The notes under the pieces were generated by a model that saw only the letters and a program-made list of their open reading frames with translations, did no database searches and had not been told where the DNA came from. This document shows, in pieces, positions 42,701 to 54,700 of a DNA stretch of 64,000 nucleotides (position 1 is the stretch's first letter; the number at the start of each line of letters is the position of its first letter). A program made the position numbers and the translations under genes. The stretch is from Candidatus Omnitrophota bacterium. GTDB lineage: Bacteria; Omnitrophota; Gorgyraeia; Zapsychrales; JBAZNR01. The DNA lies in NCBI GenBank assembly GCA_041649175.1, contig JBAZNR010000001.1:322332-386331 (forward strand), in the 5' to 3' direction.

Positions 42701-45700
42701 ATGTTAAATGACCGCCCATAATTGTTATAACCCGTCCGGTATTGCTAAGCGCACCGGTTACTTCCGCAAACTCTCTTGCCACCGAGTCAAGGTCAAGCGG
42801 ATCCACAACACGATTGGGAGCCGCATTCACTAAAGCAACAAGGTCTCTTCCTCTATCTAGCATCTGCACTAATTGATGAGCCGGTTTCTTTAGAAATCCG
42901 CGGCGCTCCATATCATTAATGCGTTCCATTAAGGGGCCATAAAATGTTTTTCCATAGACAATAACGGGCATATCTTCCGGTAAAGCGCCGGAATCTTTAA
43001 GCGCTAATGTCTCAAAAAGCTCAGCCATAGTGCCAAAGCCACCGCGCATATGGACAATTGTTTTAGCTACTCTAAAAAAGGTCGTTTCCCGCGAGAAGAA
43101 ATAATCAAAAAATATCTGAATATTGGCAAAAGGATTGACGGCTTCCTCGAAAGGAAGCTTTATGGGCAGCGCGATGGAGTCATGCCCTGCGGCGGCCGCA
43201 CCCTTATTGCCCGCTTCCATAACGCCCGGCCCGCCGCCGGTGGTAACGGGGCTATTGAATAAAGCCGCGACCATTTCGACAAAACGATAATAATGGTGGC
43301 CTAATGTTCTGCGCGCCGAACCAAAAATAATATCGGTGGCGCCGATAATGTTTTGGTAGAACTTTTCAACACGAGATAATTCCGCGATGGCTTTATCTAA
43401 GAAATATAATCCGCGCTGAATTGCTTCGCGCTGTTCTTTTTCCCAGATGGCGAATTCCCGTTCGGCTTGTTCGTTTTCTTCGTGAGTAAGTCCGTGTAGT
43501 TCGTGATGCAGGGTGCGGGCGAGATAGTTATTAAGATTGGTAGCGATGAGGAAGGTCTTGTCATTATTGGCTCCATAAAAAACGCGCTTTTCGTCAGGCC
43601 CGGCGAGTAATTTTCCGGAGCGAATAAGCTGTAAGAGGCGCTGATAGCGAATTTCATCGCCTTTATATTGATAATAAACTAAGTTAACCTTCACCCAACC
43701 CGGCATGGCATCTTCGCTGACCGCGCTAAATCCCGGAAATCCCTTTGCCTTCAGTTCTTCAAATCTTCTTTCAGCATCTTGCCGTACATATCCTTCACGC
43801 GGTTTGGCGGGATCAAGCGGAGCATTGTCTATAGGTTTCGCCGGATACGTGTTATTAATAAATGCAAGTAGATCTCGAATGGGTTTCGGTAAAATGTCAT
43901 CAGATTTACTGCCCTCAGGTATTTTTTCTCTAAATAGTTCTGTCTGCCACCCAACAGTCCCTTCATTTTTATGCGTGGCAAACATCTCCGGGGTCATCTC
44001 CATAAGCCCGGCTAAAAAGATATAATTTTGGCCTCTAGAAAAATACCTCTTTATCAAAGGTGTTACTCCATAAACGTGAACAATATTGACAACGAGTTGG
44101 TTTAAGCGGTAAATATTATCGTTGTGTAGCTCATCACGCAGCGATCTTCCCTGCTCACGTAATTTAGAGGATCTAGAAATAAGGGCATCCGTGGCCTCTT
44201 GGGAACCGGAAATCCGCTCTCCCATGGAACTCGCTTCATCTACCAGCCTTGCGACTTCCTCAAGGTCATCATTGCTTAAAGCCTCATCCAAACGCGATGA
44301 AAGGAAGATAACAGAAATTTGCAACCGATGAGCTTCATCACTTAATTGATTTTCTTGTTCATTAAGATCATCAACTTCTTTTGTTTTCTTATTAATTTCA
44401 GTTACTAAATTTTTCATCCATCGGTATAAATCTTGCAAACTGAACCCTTTAGCTTGCAGCGCGCGTATTTTACCAAGGATCTCTCCGGCTTCTTTTTCCA
44501 TAGCCGCTTTGCGCTCATTTTCATTTTGCTCTAAACCGCCATTAACCAAACCAAGGATCCCGAAAGGCAATAACGCGATAAAGCTGTTTAATTGAATACT
44601 CCGGGTCACTTTATAGAGGTCTCCCTGCCCGGACACGTGATCAGCAAATTGGAAAGGAACTTCGGAAAGCAATTGATGCGTCGGCAGTGATTTAACCAAT
44701 CTGAAAGAAGCGTGATAATCATCCGGACGAAGAACATTGCCTGCGCCCAAAATTCGTGTTAGTTCACCGATGATAACATGGCTAGCTAAAACACCTTTTT
44801 CATAAGGCGATGCTAAACGAACGGACTCAAACTCCGTAACCAATTGCCCGCCCGGGACTAAAAGATCATATAAGTTAACATTCACTCTGATCTGATCAGG
44901 GATATACATAATGACCATACTTCCAACGATAACCAGGTCAAATTCACCTTGCGCCCTGACCTGCTCAAGGTTTCGCCCATAACTGATATTTAAAACAAAA
45001 TGATGTTGATGAATCTTTTCTAAAAGATCTTTTGTCATTTGCGGATCTTCTTTCAAATCTCGATGATTACGTTTTAAATAGCCGGACAAGCCATTAAAGT
45101 CAAACAACAAATTCTCTTCCCGATTGATGGAATATATTTCGAACTTACCGCTCTTTTTCAAAAGATCGATCGTAAGCCCACCGCGCCCAACTCCTACGAT
45201 GAGGATCTTGGCATTCGGCTTTTCACTAGCTAACACACTCAAAACCTTCTCTAAATCACCATGACGTATGGTCAAGTGACTTAATCCTCGAGAAATAAAC
45301 CCTTCCGCCGGATACCTCGCCGGAGGCGGGATCTGCCTATAATCGATGAGGCCGGAAGCGACTGTCCCAAATAAAAATAACGGCACAAAACATGCGCAGG
45401 AACTGATAGGCGCTGAAAGTTGTTTTCCTGTCTTACGCAAGATCGTGACCGATCCTTGTCCGTTATATTCTTCCCCTTGTTGCACAACTGTAAATACTCC
45501 TTGGGTTCTGATCTCTTCGGGAAGATGAGCAAAACCTATAAACCATCCGCCCTTTTTAAGGAGCTGATGGATTTTTTGCCAAGACCTTACAAGGTTGATA
45601 AATCCTTCTTCTTGCACATCGTTAAGTAAAACAGCGTGCGCGTAAATAAAATCAAAACTTGCGCTCTGCAGCCGAAGCTCTTCGACCGCGCTGCTGTAAA

Positions 45701-48700
45701 TCTTGATTTTTTGCCGGCTGCCGTCATATCGCGGGAACAATAGATCTTTGGCTAATCCGGTAAAATGGTTTATGGTAGGTTCAACGATAACCAAACGCCC
45801 TAACTCCGGAATTTCTTCCAAAAGCGCTGAAACTTCCCAATCGGTTTGCCCCGGGCCGATCTCAAGCAGTGTTTTTTCGGAGAATTGAACTGATTTACTC
45901 TTTAAAAGAGCAACGCTGTCTCTGACGGCGTCCCTTATGTCAGCACGAGTAACATGCCAATGGCGCTGAACCCGATTAAAAGGAACTTGATCAAAGATGT
46001 GAACATATTTGCGATGCCCCGCAATGATCCTATTTTCTCGAGGAGTAATAACCGTATGGGGATTTTCAAAACGTATTTCATAAGTCCAGTGGGGAGAAAG
46101 ACGATTTAAATACTCCATCGCTCTGTCGCGGCTGACCAGCCAGGCTTCTTTAGGGAAATTGCTCGTAGATGTATTGACAACTTCCCCAAACAATACCGGC
46201 AACACAAACGGCGCAAAACCAAATCCGGCAAAGGCGGATAATGTTTCGCGCGAGTCTGTTGAGCGCGTCCTGTCATCGGAGACGCGGAACACAAGCTCAT
46301 AACCTATCTCGCCTGTTCTTAAAAGCAGGTCACGAACAACCAATGTATCGACATCAACGGCAATGATCGGTTTTAAATCGCGAAAAACTAATCTCTTGTT
46401 AATGCTGCGTCCAATGGCGGCCGATATAATTTTATAAGAAGAACGGGCCATTTCGCCGTCAAAGAATTGAAATATTTCCATTGTGACACGTTCTTCTTCT
46501 TGTTGGGCTAAACCACTTTCCAAAGATCCAGAAACAAAGTTGACGGATAAGCCTTCACTTGTTAAGGCCATCAACTCAGCTATATCGCTATCCGCCTGCG
46601 GGTCTATAGCGCGAGATAATTTATCAAAATCAATCTTTATAATCCCCAGCGGATACTGATTGATCATAACCAAACCATATTCGCCATGAGTTATCCGGCT
46701 TTCAAAAAGTTCGTCTAAAAGACGTTGGTCTCCGGCCGTAACATGTTGGAATAAGGCAAAGCGAATTTGCTGAGATTCGAATGGAAATACAATGGCCTGA
46801 TCGGTCAAGTAACGTAAGGCAAATTCTTTTCCAAAAAGCTCTCTGCTGGGCGAGCCTGCGCTAGGATTAACACTACCAAACAATACCGGCACAAACCCAA
46901 ATCCGACAAAGGCGGGAAGCGCTTGGCTTCCCGATAAATATTCATACGTTTCACGGCCGGTTTCGTGTTCAACAAACTTAAACGGCAAGTCATCAAGAAC
47001 AAAAGCTCCGGGCTCTTTTTTCATCATCAGGCTAACCCATCCTTGAAAATTATTATCAGTATCAATGCGAATAATATTTTCCGGTCTTAAACGATACTGG
47101 ATTTCGTTGATCACCATAGATTGGGCAAGGCGGCCTGAAGTATTTTGAGACGTAAAATCAATTTGATTAAATCCACTAAATAAATATCCTCCCGGACGAA
47201 GTAAATGATAGAGGGCTCTGTTGACCGCAATTTGATCGGGGATATAGGATAAAACACAATATCCCATAATGATCAAATCAAAGTTTCCTTCAATTCTTTC
47301 GAGGTTTTTTCCGTAACTTATATCCATCACATAATGATGCTGATGTAAACGGGCAAGAAGGTCATCCATATTAGAAAATGGATGAGAAAAATAATCGTAC
47401 CGTTGATGCTCAAAATATTCTTTTAAATGGGCAAGATCAAATAAAAGCCCTTCTTCCAGATTGATGGAATGATATTCAAAATCATACCCTTCTTCTAAAA
47501 GTTCAATGATACTAACCCCGCGCCCAACGCCAACGATAAGAACTTTAGGCATTGTTCCTTGTTCTCGATGTTGCCGTAATAACATTGTCAGAGCCCCCGT
47601 AAACCAACGCTTTTTGTCAGAATAAAGCTCGTGCAAAGACGCAACCCCGCGGCTCACCGCGTCTTCGCCGATCCGCTTCGCATAATTCTCAGGGACAGGT
47701 ATTTGACGATAAGATGCTAGTGTATTCCCCATGCTATCAACCAATCCAATGATTACCGGCACAAATCCAAATCCGGCGAAGGCGGAAAGTACGCCAACAG
47801 TTCCAGCGGTTGTCCGAGCGCCTTCAAAAGCCGCCGCGCGCAATTTATCCGCGTCGAGCTTGCGCAGATCAATATAGATCTTTCCGTATGTTTCTTTGTG
47901 ATCGGTTTTTCTGATCCGGTAAAGCCTTCCCGACTTCTTCCATAAAGAAAGGGTTTCAGCAAAGAACCTGGCGCCATCGGGCAAGGTCAGAGTTGAGCTA
48001 ACAGATGTAAAGCCTCGGCCTTTGACCCAGAAAAGAAGAATAGCTAAAGCGGTTTCGGAATACTGCGCCCGTTGATCTTTGTTCATAATACTGAAGATCA
48101 ACCTCGTAATACGTGTTCCCTTAGATTCAATGGCGAACACAATAGCGCCCTTGTCGGTTGTTATTTGCCCGTGAAGAATATTATCGCTGTTTTCTTCGAT
48201 ATGAAGCGAATCAACGATATCCTCTAAAGATGTCCCTGAAATCCACTCTCGGTATAAAGCCTTTTCTAATTCAAAGAGGTTTGGCGTAGCGGCAACCAGA
48301 AGGCTCGACACACCAAATCCGGCGAAAGCATGAACGGACACAGAGGCTTGTGAACCCGAAGAAACCGTTTTCTCGACGGGTAAAATAAATAATCCTTCCA
48401 AGCGCTTTACAACATCATTCATCGTTTTGGGCTTACGTTTTTTCCGATTTTCCTGCGACATCTGTTGGATAAGCAAGGAAATCCCGCTAATGCCGGCAAT
48501 GTCATCATCCATTTCCAGGACGAAATCGATCACTTTCGCGAAACTATAAATGTCAGATGCAAAAAATCTTTTGGTTTCCGGCGCGGAAAAACCATTTGAT
48601 CCACCTTTCATCGGCCGGCCCTTGCGTACGGACAAACCAAAATCAACGATCATCACTTCTTTAGCTGCGTTCACTAGAATATTGTCCGGCTTAATGTCGC

Positions 48701-51700
48701 CATGAACCCATCCGGCTTTATGGATACGCGCCAAGATCTTAGCGGCTTTGATGAGAATATCCATTTTGTCTTTGGCGCTAAAGTTAAGGAAAAGTTCTGA
48801 ATCTAAATCGTAGCCGTTAGAAATTCCTTTAAGCTTGATCCAGAAATTCCCTGATTTATCATTGCCCGCCGAAATAATTTGCGGAATTCCCTCTTTAACA
48901 CCACGCCTGCTTAGATCACGTAAGACAAGAACTTCATCTGTATTAAGATCGTGGGCTACACCGGAATTCGCGGTTACCTTATAAAAGACAGCTGAATCTT
49001 GCGGGTCTTGATAAATATTAGAGAAGCTGCCATTGCCCAAAACAATTGCAACGGGAATATCTTGCCCTGCGGAAATTTGAGCAGAAGTTGCTTCGGTCCC
49101 AATGCCGGTTTTTGGTAATAGGCTTTCATCGAATACGACTTGCCCTGGTAAAGCTGGGACATCGCCCCAGATAGACACATCCAATAGATGATCATCAGAA
49201 ATAGAAGAGGCCGCTTGATGATTAAACTTTTTCCACCAGCCACGGTAGGCGAAAAGTCTCAAGCGGCCTTTTAAACCAATCCAAGATAATTGTAAATTTA
49301 AACTCAAGAATCTTAATCTGCTTTGAACAGATTCAAACCATTTCTTGATCTCTTGACGATAAATCCATCCAAAAACCGCTATGCCGATACCAGGAATAAA
49401 AACCAACAGATGAAGCGGCACTAAAAAGACAAAGAGCTGATTTTCATGTTCACGATCTGTGCTAGCAGCCGCTAATCCATTCGGAGAGCCTGCTGGTAAG
49501 CGCCTGCCTATATTTTCTTCATCAGCAACAAAAGCAACCACACCACCTTGCTGATCTCTAACCGTCCTAAACCCGGAATACTCTTCTTGACCTGTCAGAT
49601 CAATCCAAGATTGCCATCCATCAAACCGCTTGATCCCCTGAGCACCGAAATTAGGACGATAAAAATTCCTGAGCAGCCCTTCCGTAGTCCATATGCTCGC
49701 CGTCGTTGCTTGATGACGTTCTCGGCCAATGGTCAGCGCCGCGGCTATAAGGACCCGGCTTAAAATACGTAATCCTTGTTTTCCTTTATTGCGATAATCA
49801 GGATGAACGAAAAGCCCGTCTCCTTCTTGAGAATACCTTAAGTCATTTTCCCGAAGGAAAATAATGCCATAACGCCTAAGGTTTTTCTCTGCTTCTTTAT
49901 TAAAACCGATATTATTAGAATTCCTATCAGCCGCTTCAAACAACATTTTACGTCCTCTATCCTTAGATGACGGATAGACCGCAAAATCCAAATACGCGAT
50001 GTGACGTTTTTTGCTTAGATCAAAAGTGTCTAATAAATAGTAGGCATTGCTCACCGTTGACACCACAGCAGCGCGCAAAGTAAAGAGAATTGTATTTTTC
50101 CCTGAACGATAAACCGTCCATCCTTGCTTGATAAGTTCGTCAAAATTTAAAACACCCTCCGGCCTTTTAACCATACCCAAGGCCACCAACCCAAATACCG
50201 GAAAGATCATGCTATGGAGAAGCTGCATTTTTTTGGCCTCGGAAACACCTTGATCGGACTCAAGCCGGTAGAAGTAAATCCCGGAAGCCTGGCTGGAAAG
50301 ACCGAGAGAAACGGTGTGGCGCCCGATAGAACGTATTCCAAGGTCAACATGCTGAACTTCGCGGCCTAAAACATCAAAGACCTTTAAAACAATTTTACGC
50401 GGCCGGTCTAATTCAAATTCAATAGTTGTTTGTCCGTTGAACGGATTGGGATAATTTTGTTTTAATTGGAAGCTTTGTGCTATCGGATGGAGAGGGTCGA
50501 CCGCTGTCGTCCCGGAAAGAGAATCAGCCATATTGATAATATCGTCTGCGGTCATTTCGTCGGTTACAGAAAACGCGGTCGCATCAAAATGAGTATCCAG
50601 CCACTGACGATCGTCATCGGAAATCGGACGCGTGTGCACATTAATGCCGATAAAATCATACCCTGTTGAGAACGGGCCGATCAAAGCCACGTTAAAGCGA
50701 TAGACTGTATTTCCGTCAATAACAACATAATTTCTTTCAACCGTATACGTGGTATCTAATCCGGCAACCGCGCTATCAAAGGCGGCATATGTCGCATCAA
50801 GATCGACATTCGTTAAAGAAGCCATCGTATTGTCGATCCAGTTATTGTATTGCGTGTATTCTGTATACGCAGGTATTTCAAAAGAAGCAACTCCTTCAGA
50901 TTGAAACATCAGAGCAAGTAATTGCGGGCTAAGATCGCGCTCTTCATCGTGAAAAGCAACCCAGGTTGTATCAACCCCAATACCATTTTGGCCCTGCCCG
51001 GCAAAAGCAGGAGTGAATGCAGTCGGAGAATTCGGCGGAGGAGGAATGTAAAGATATTCTAAAAGAAGTCCTTGCAGATCAAGATAATAATCCCTTAGAC
51101 GAAAATACATATAACGCTCACGCGTTGTCACGTCAAGCTCGTCCAAGGTGTGACGAGGTTCTTTAGTGACAACAGGCGGAGCGCGCGGATCATAAATTTC
51201 ATATTGTCCGTTAGATAAGATCTTAATATCACCAGAAGCAAGTGCCGCGCGCCAAGGCAAGACAACAAAGAATGCCATCATCATGCCGACAAATAACGTC
51301 ATAAATTTTCGCACAATGGGGCGCGTGATCGCTTGATTGATAGACGTTATGACCCCTTTGGGATCAGAAGGCAACATTTGCGCCCTTGAAAACGTTTTCT
51401 TATTTTGAAAAATAAATCCATCTTTTTTAAGATGTGAATAATAGAGCCCGGCAAAAACCGCTAATCCAACGATGGGAACAAAGATAAAAGGCGTGATGGA
51501 TAATAATTTATCTGTTCTTGTTCCGCCGATATGGTTGAGCGCTTTAAATTCTTGAGGCCGTTCGATATCAACGGTAACAATACCTTCGATATTTCTCACC
51601 AACGTATCAACAATTTCTTTATTGGTCACATAGTTAAATCCGGATAATCTAAAGACCAAAGTCCCTTCGCTGGGCTCACCGACCGGAACATCAACGCTTT

Positions 51701-54700
51701 CCACGTGCGCGACCAGCGGATTATCCTTAGCCACTAAAAGTTCTCCGATGCGCTTGGCAATGCCCGGAATATTTTTTACTAAAACTTTAACCGTAATACT
51801 AATACGTCCTGCCACATAGGCATAAACCGTAGCGGCGTCAACTAGCCCAAGGCCGATCGCTAAATGCAACTCATCGCGGTCAAATTGCGAAAAGCGCTTC
51901 GGAGAAAAACGAGCCGGAAGAAGAGATATGGACTTATCCGGGCCTACGAAAAGGCCCATCTTTTCTGTAAATTCATTGATCAGCCTATAGGTCGCTTCTG
52001 TCATTCCTACCTTAGAAAATTCTTCTTTCAAGCGCCGTTCGCCCTCACGAATAAGAGCTAATTTGAATTCATCGGCAGTCATTTTTCTTTTCTGCCCCTT
52101 GGTCATAAATTTCCGGACAAAATCTTCATTTTCAAACCTTGTTATTAACTCTAAGGATAGCCGTGTGCGCAAAAGCTTGGCCAGCGAAATAAGCCCTTTG
52201 TCTTTGATATTCTTGGCAGAAATAGCAAAACCGGTGATCTTATGGCTAAGCGCATTTTGAAAGATCATACCTGTTTCTAATGGAGTATTTTCCAAAATAG
52301 CGCGAGATAGCGGTGTCGCCGGAGAAACCGCATCCAATAAGGCATCATCAAAGATCATAAAACCTTGATACCCTTCATCAAGGCCAAGTTCGGGATAATA
52401 CGCCAGATCAAGCGCGACAGCTCCTTGGGGAAGCTCAGTCACCAAAAGGCTTGATCCGGATTTTCGGTCTCTTTCCTTTAGGAATCCGACATAAATATTC
52501 CCGTTTAATGAGTTGTAGATCAGGTTCAAATTATCCCTCGGGTCTTCGGTGAGCATAATAGCGTCGGAGATCAGTTCTTGATTGATCTTTTGGCTTTTTA
52601 AAAACCCTTCTAATTTAAATAACCAATGAGGCTTGACCGCTTCACTGCCGATGCCATAACGATAGCGCCGGTAATCCTGATGGCTCATGATCTGCAGCTC
52701 CCAAGGACGGATGCGCATATCCTCTTTAAATTCCACCACGTCCGTAAAATCAACGTGAATAGCGTAATAACCTTTTCGTTTAAACTCCGCATTCTCGGCT
52801 TTGCCTTTTAGCTCCCAACTTAATTTTCCAAAGGCTTTATCAGGGTCACTTACTAAAACCATGACCCCTAAAAGATCGGGCAGTTCGGCTAAAGCACTAC
52901 GGCTTGAGCGGGAAGAATGGATCTTTTCATAAATAGCGGCAATGCTTTTAGCTCGCACCATAACGATCACGCTATCATCGCCATCTTCCCTGATAAGAGC
53001 CTCGAAACGTCTTTTCACTTCGTCTAAAATAGCTTCAATATCGCCATAATTTTCCACGCCTAAATAGTCGGCAACAGCCGCCTTTGTTTCCTGATATTCT
53101 TTAGGCATGGTGATCATCATGACTCTGTTTTGCAAACCAATGACCATGCGGGGAAAATCAATACGGTCGGCCAGCGGAATAAAGATGTGTTCTATTTTCT
53201 TAAGCATCGCTTCTTTTTTATTCTTAGCATCTTCAGCCTGGCGGCTGTCTTTGCGGGCTTCGGCTTCTTTTTCCCTAACGGCGGCCAAACCGGCAGAAAT
53301 AATAAGATCGGCCGCCGCTAACATCAAGACCCTGATCCGGCCGTCGGTCAATCGGATGACCATATTCATATAATATTGGACAGCCCATCTTCCTGCCAGC
53401 GCGCGGACCACTTGATTTAAATACGGAAGATTGATGATCTCACGGCTGCGCTTTATGGTAGGGCCGATCACTTTTAGATCTTCTGCCCTTGAGGGGAATT
53501 GGGCGGTTAACTGTTCTATGACCTCACGTCGGGTCCTTTCCGAAATATGCCAAGAATGAAGAAGCCCGGCAATGATCGTCGTATCCACGCCTAGCCAACG
53601 GGCTAAAACATAAGCCACATCTAATCCGTGCTGCATAATGCCTTCGGCGGTGTTGAAGCGTTCATCTAAAGAAGAAAGAGGAGTCGCTTTTAGTTTTTCT
53701 AATACAATGCGATAAGCTTGTTCAATGATGCGCGCATCAGCATTAGGATAATTGTTTTTAAAGGCACCGGTAACGTCGGATAATTCCATATTTCCTTCCC
53801 CATACGGAAAATCCGCCACAATGCCGAAAACCGACAAACCAAAAGGAGAGAAGATAAATGAGCTGAGCTTCGTTTCTCCTGTTTCTGCTATTTCAGCCGG
53901 CTTAGATACTTCTTCGACCAGTTTTATCGGCGTAACAGCTGCCATCGTCTCCACAGGCTTATGGTTCGGCTTTCCTGACCTTTTTGTCATACTGCGATCG
54001 GTAAAGTGAACAACGATCAAATAAACGATCATCCCGCCGATCATAGTCGCTAAGAACTTTGTCGTGCTCACATGATAGGAGCGGGCATACGCAGCTGCAA
54101 AGGCGGGAGAAGTAAGAATAAAGCTTAAAATTAAGGCGATCATTCCACTCGGTAAAATAGCGTTAAGGACTGTTTCGTTACTTTCTCCATCGACGGCGGA
54201 ATTATTTTCCCCTGAGATTTTGATCTGATAAACTTCGCTGTTTTCCATGCTTAAGAAAGGACCCATATCTTGGCTGACAAGCTTAATTCCCGGGAAACGC
54301 GTTAGCAAAAGATGCCTGGTCGCCTCGGTGGTGACCACCATCGTAAAAATTCCTCCCTTAAAATGAGTCTTTACAAAATCCGCAAAGAAGTCGAAGACGC
54401 GCGACGCGAATCCTTGTCCGGCAAGGCTTCTATGAAGAGCAATGCTGCCGGAATCAATGTCGATCCGCCCGCTATCATGCCGCTTAACACTGAACTCTCT
54501 TAAGAATAAAACACTGCCATCACCTTCATAAACATGGCTGTAATAATGAACAGCGTTTTCTGTCTCGAGGTAGCGATTTCGATTAACATTCGATCTCCCT
54601 CTGCCTTGATACGGCTCAAAAAGAGCAGATTTTTTAACAACAATGAAGCGATAGCTTGTAATTTCATCCCGCTCATCGATAACAGAAGCATAAACATATT

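Noticed and set aside
50418-50440. GAGG-N8-ATG upstream of the Met in KKMQLL as an internal ribosome-binding site and start.
   Set aside because: The ATG lies inside the T9SS CTD rather than at a module start. This is probably coincidental, but internal initiation in general was not excluded.
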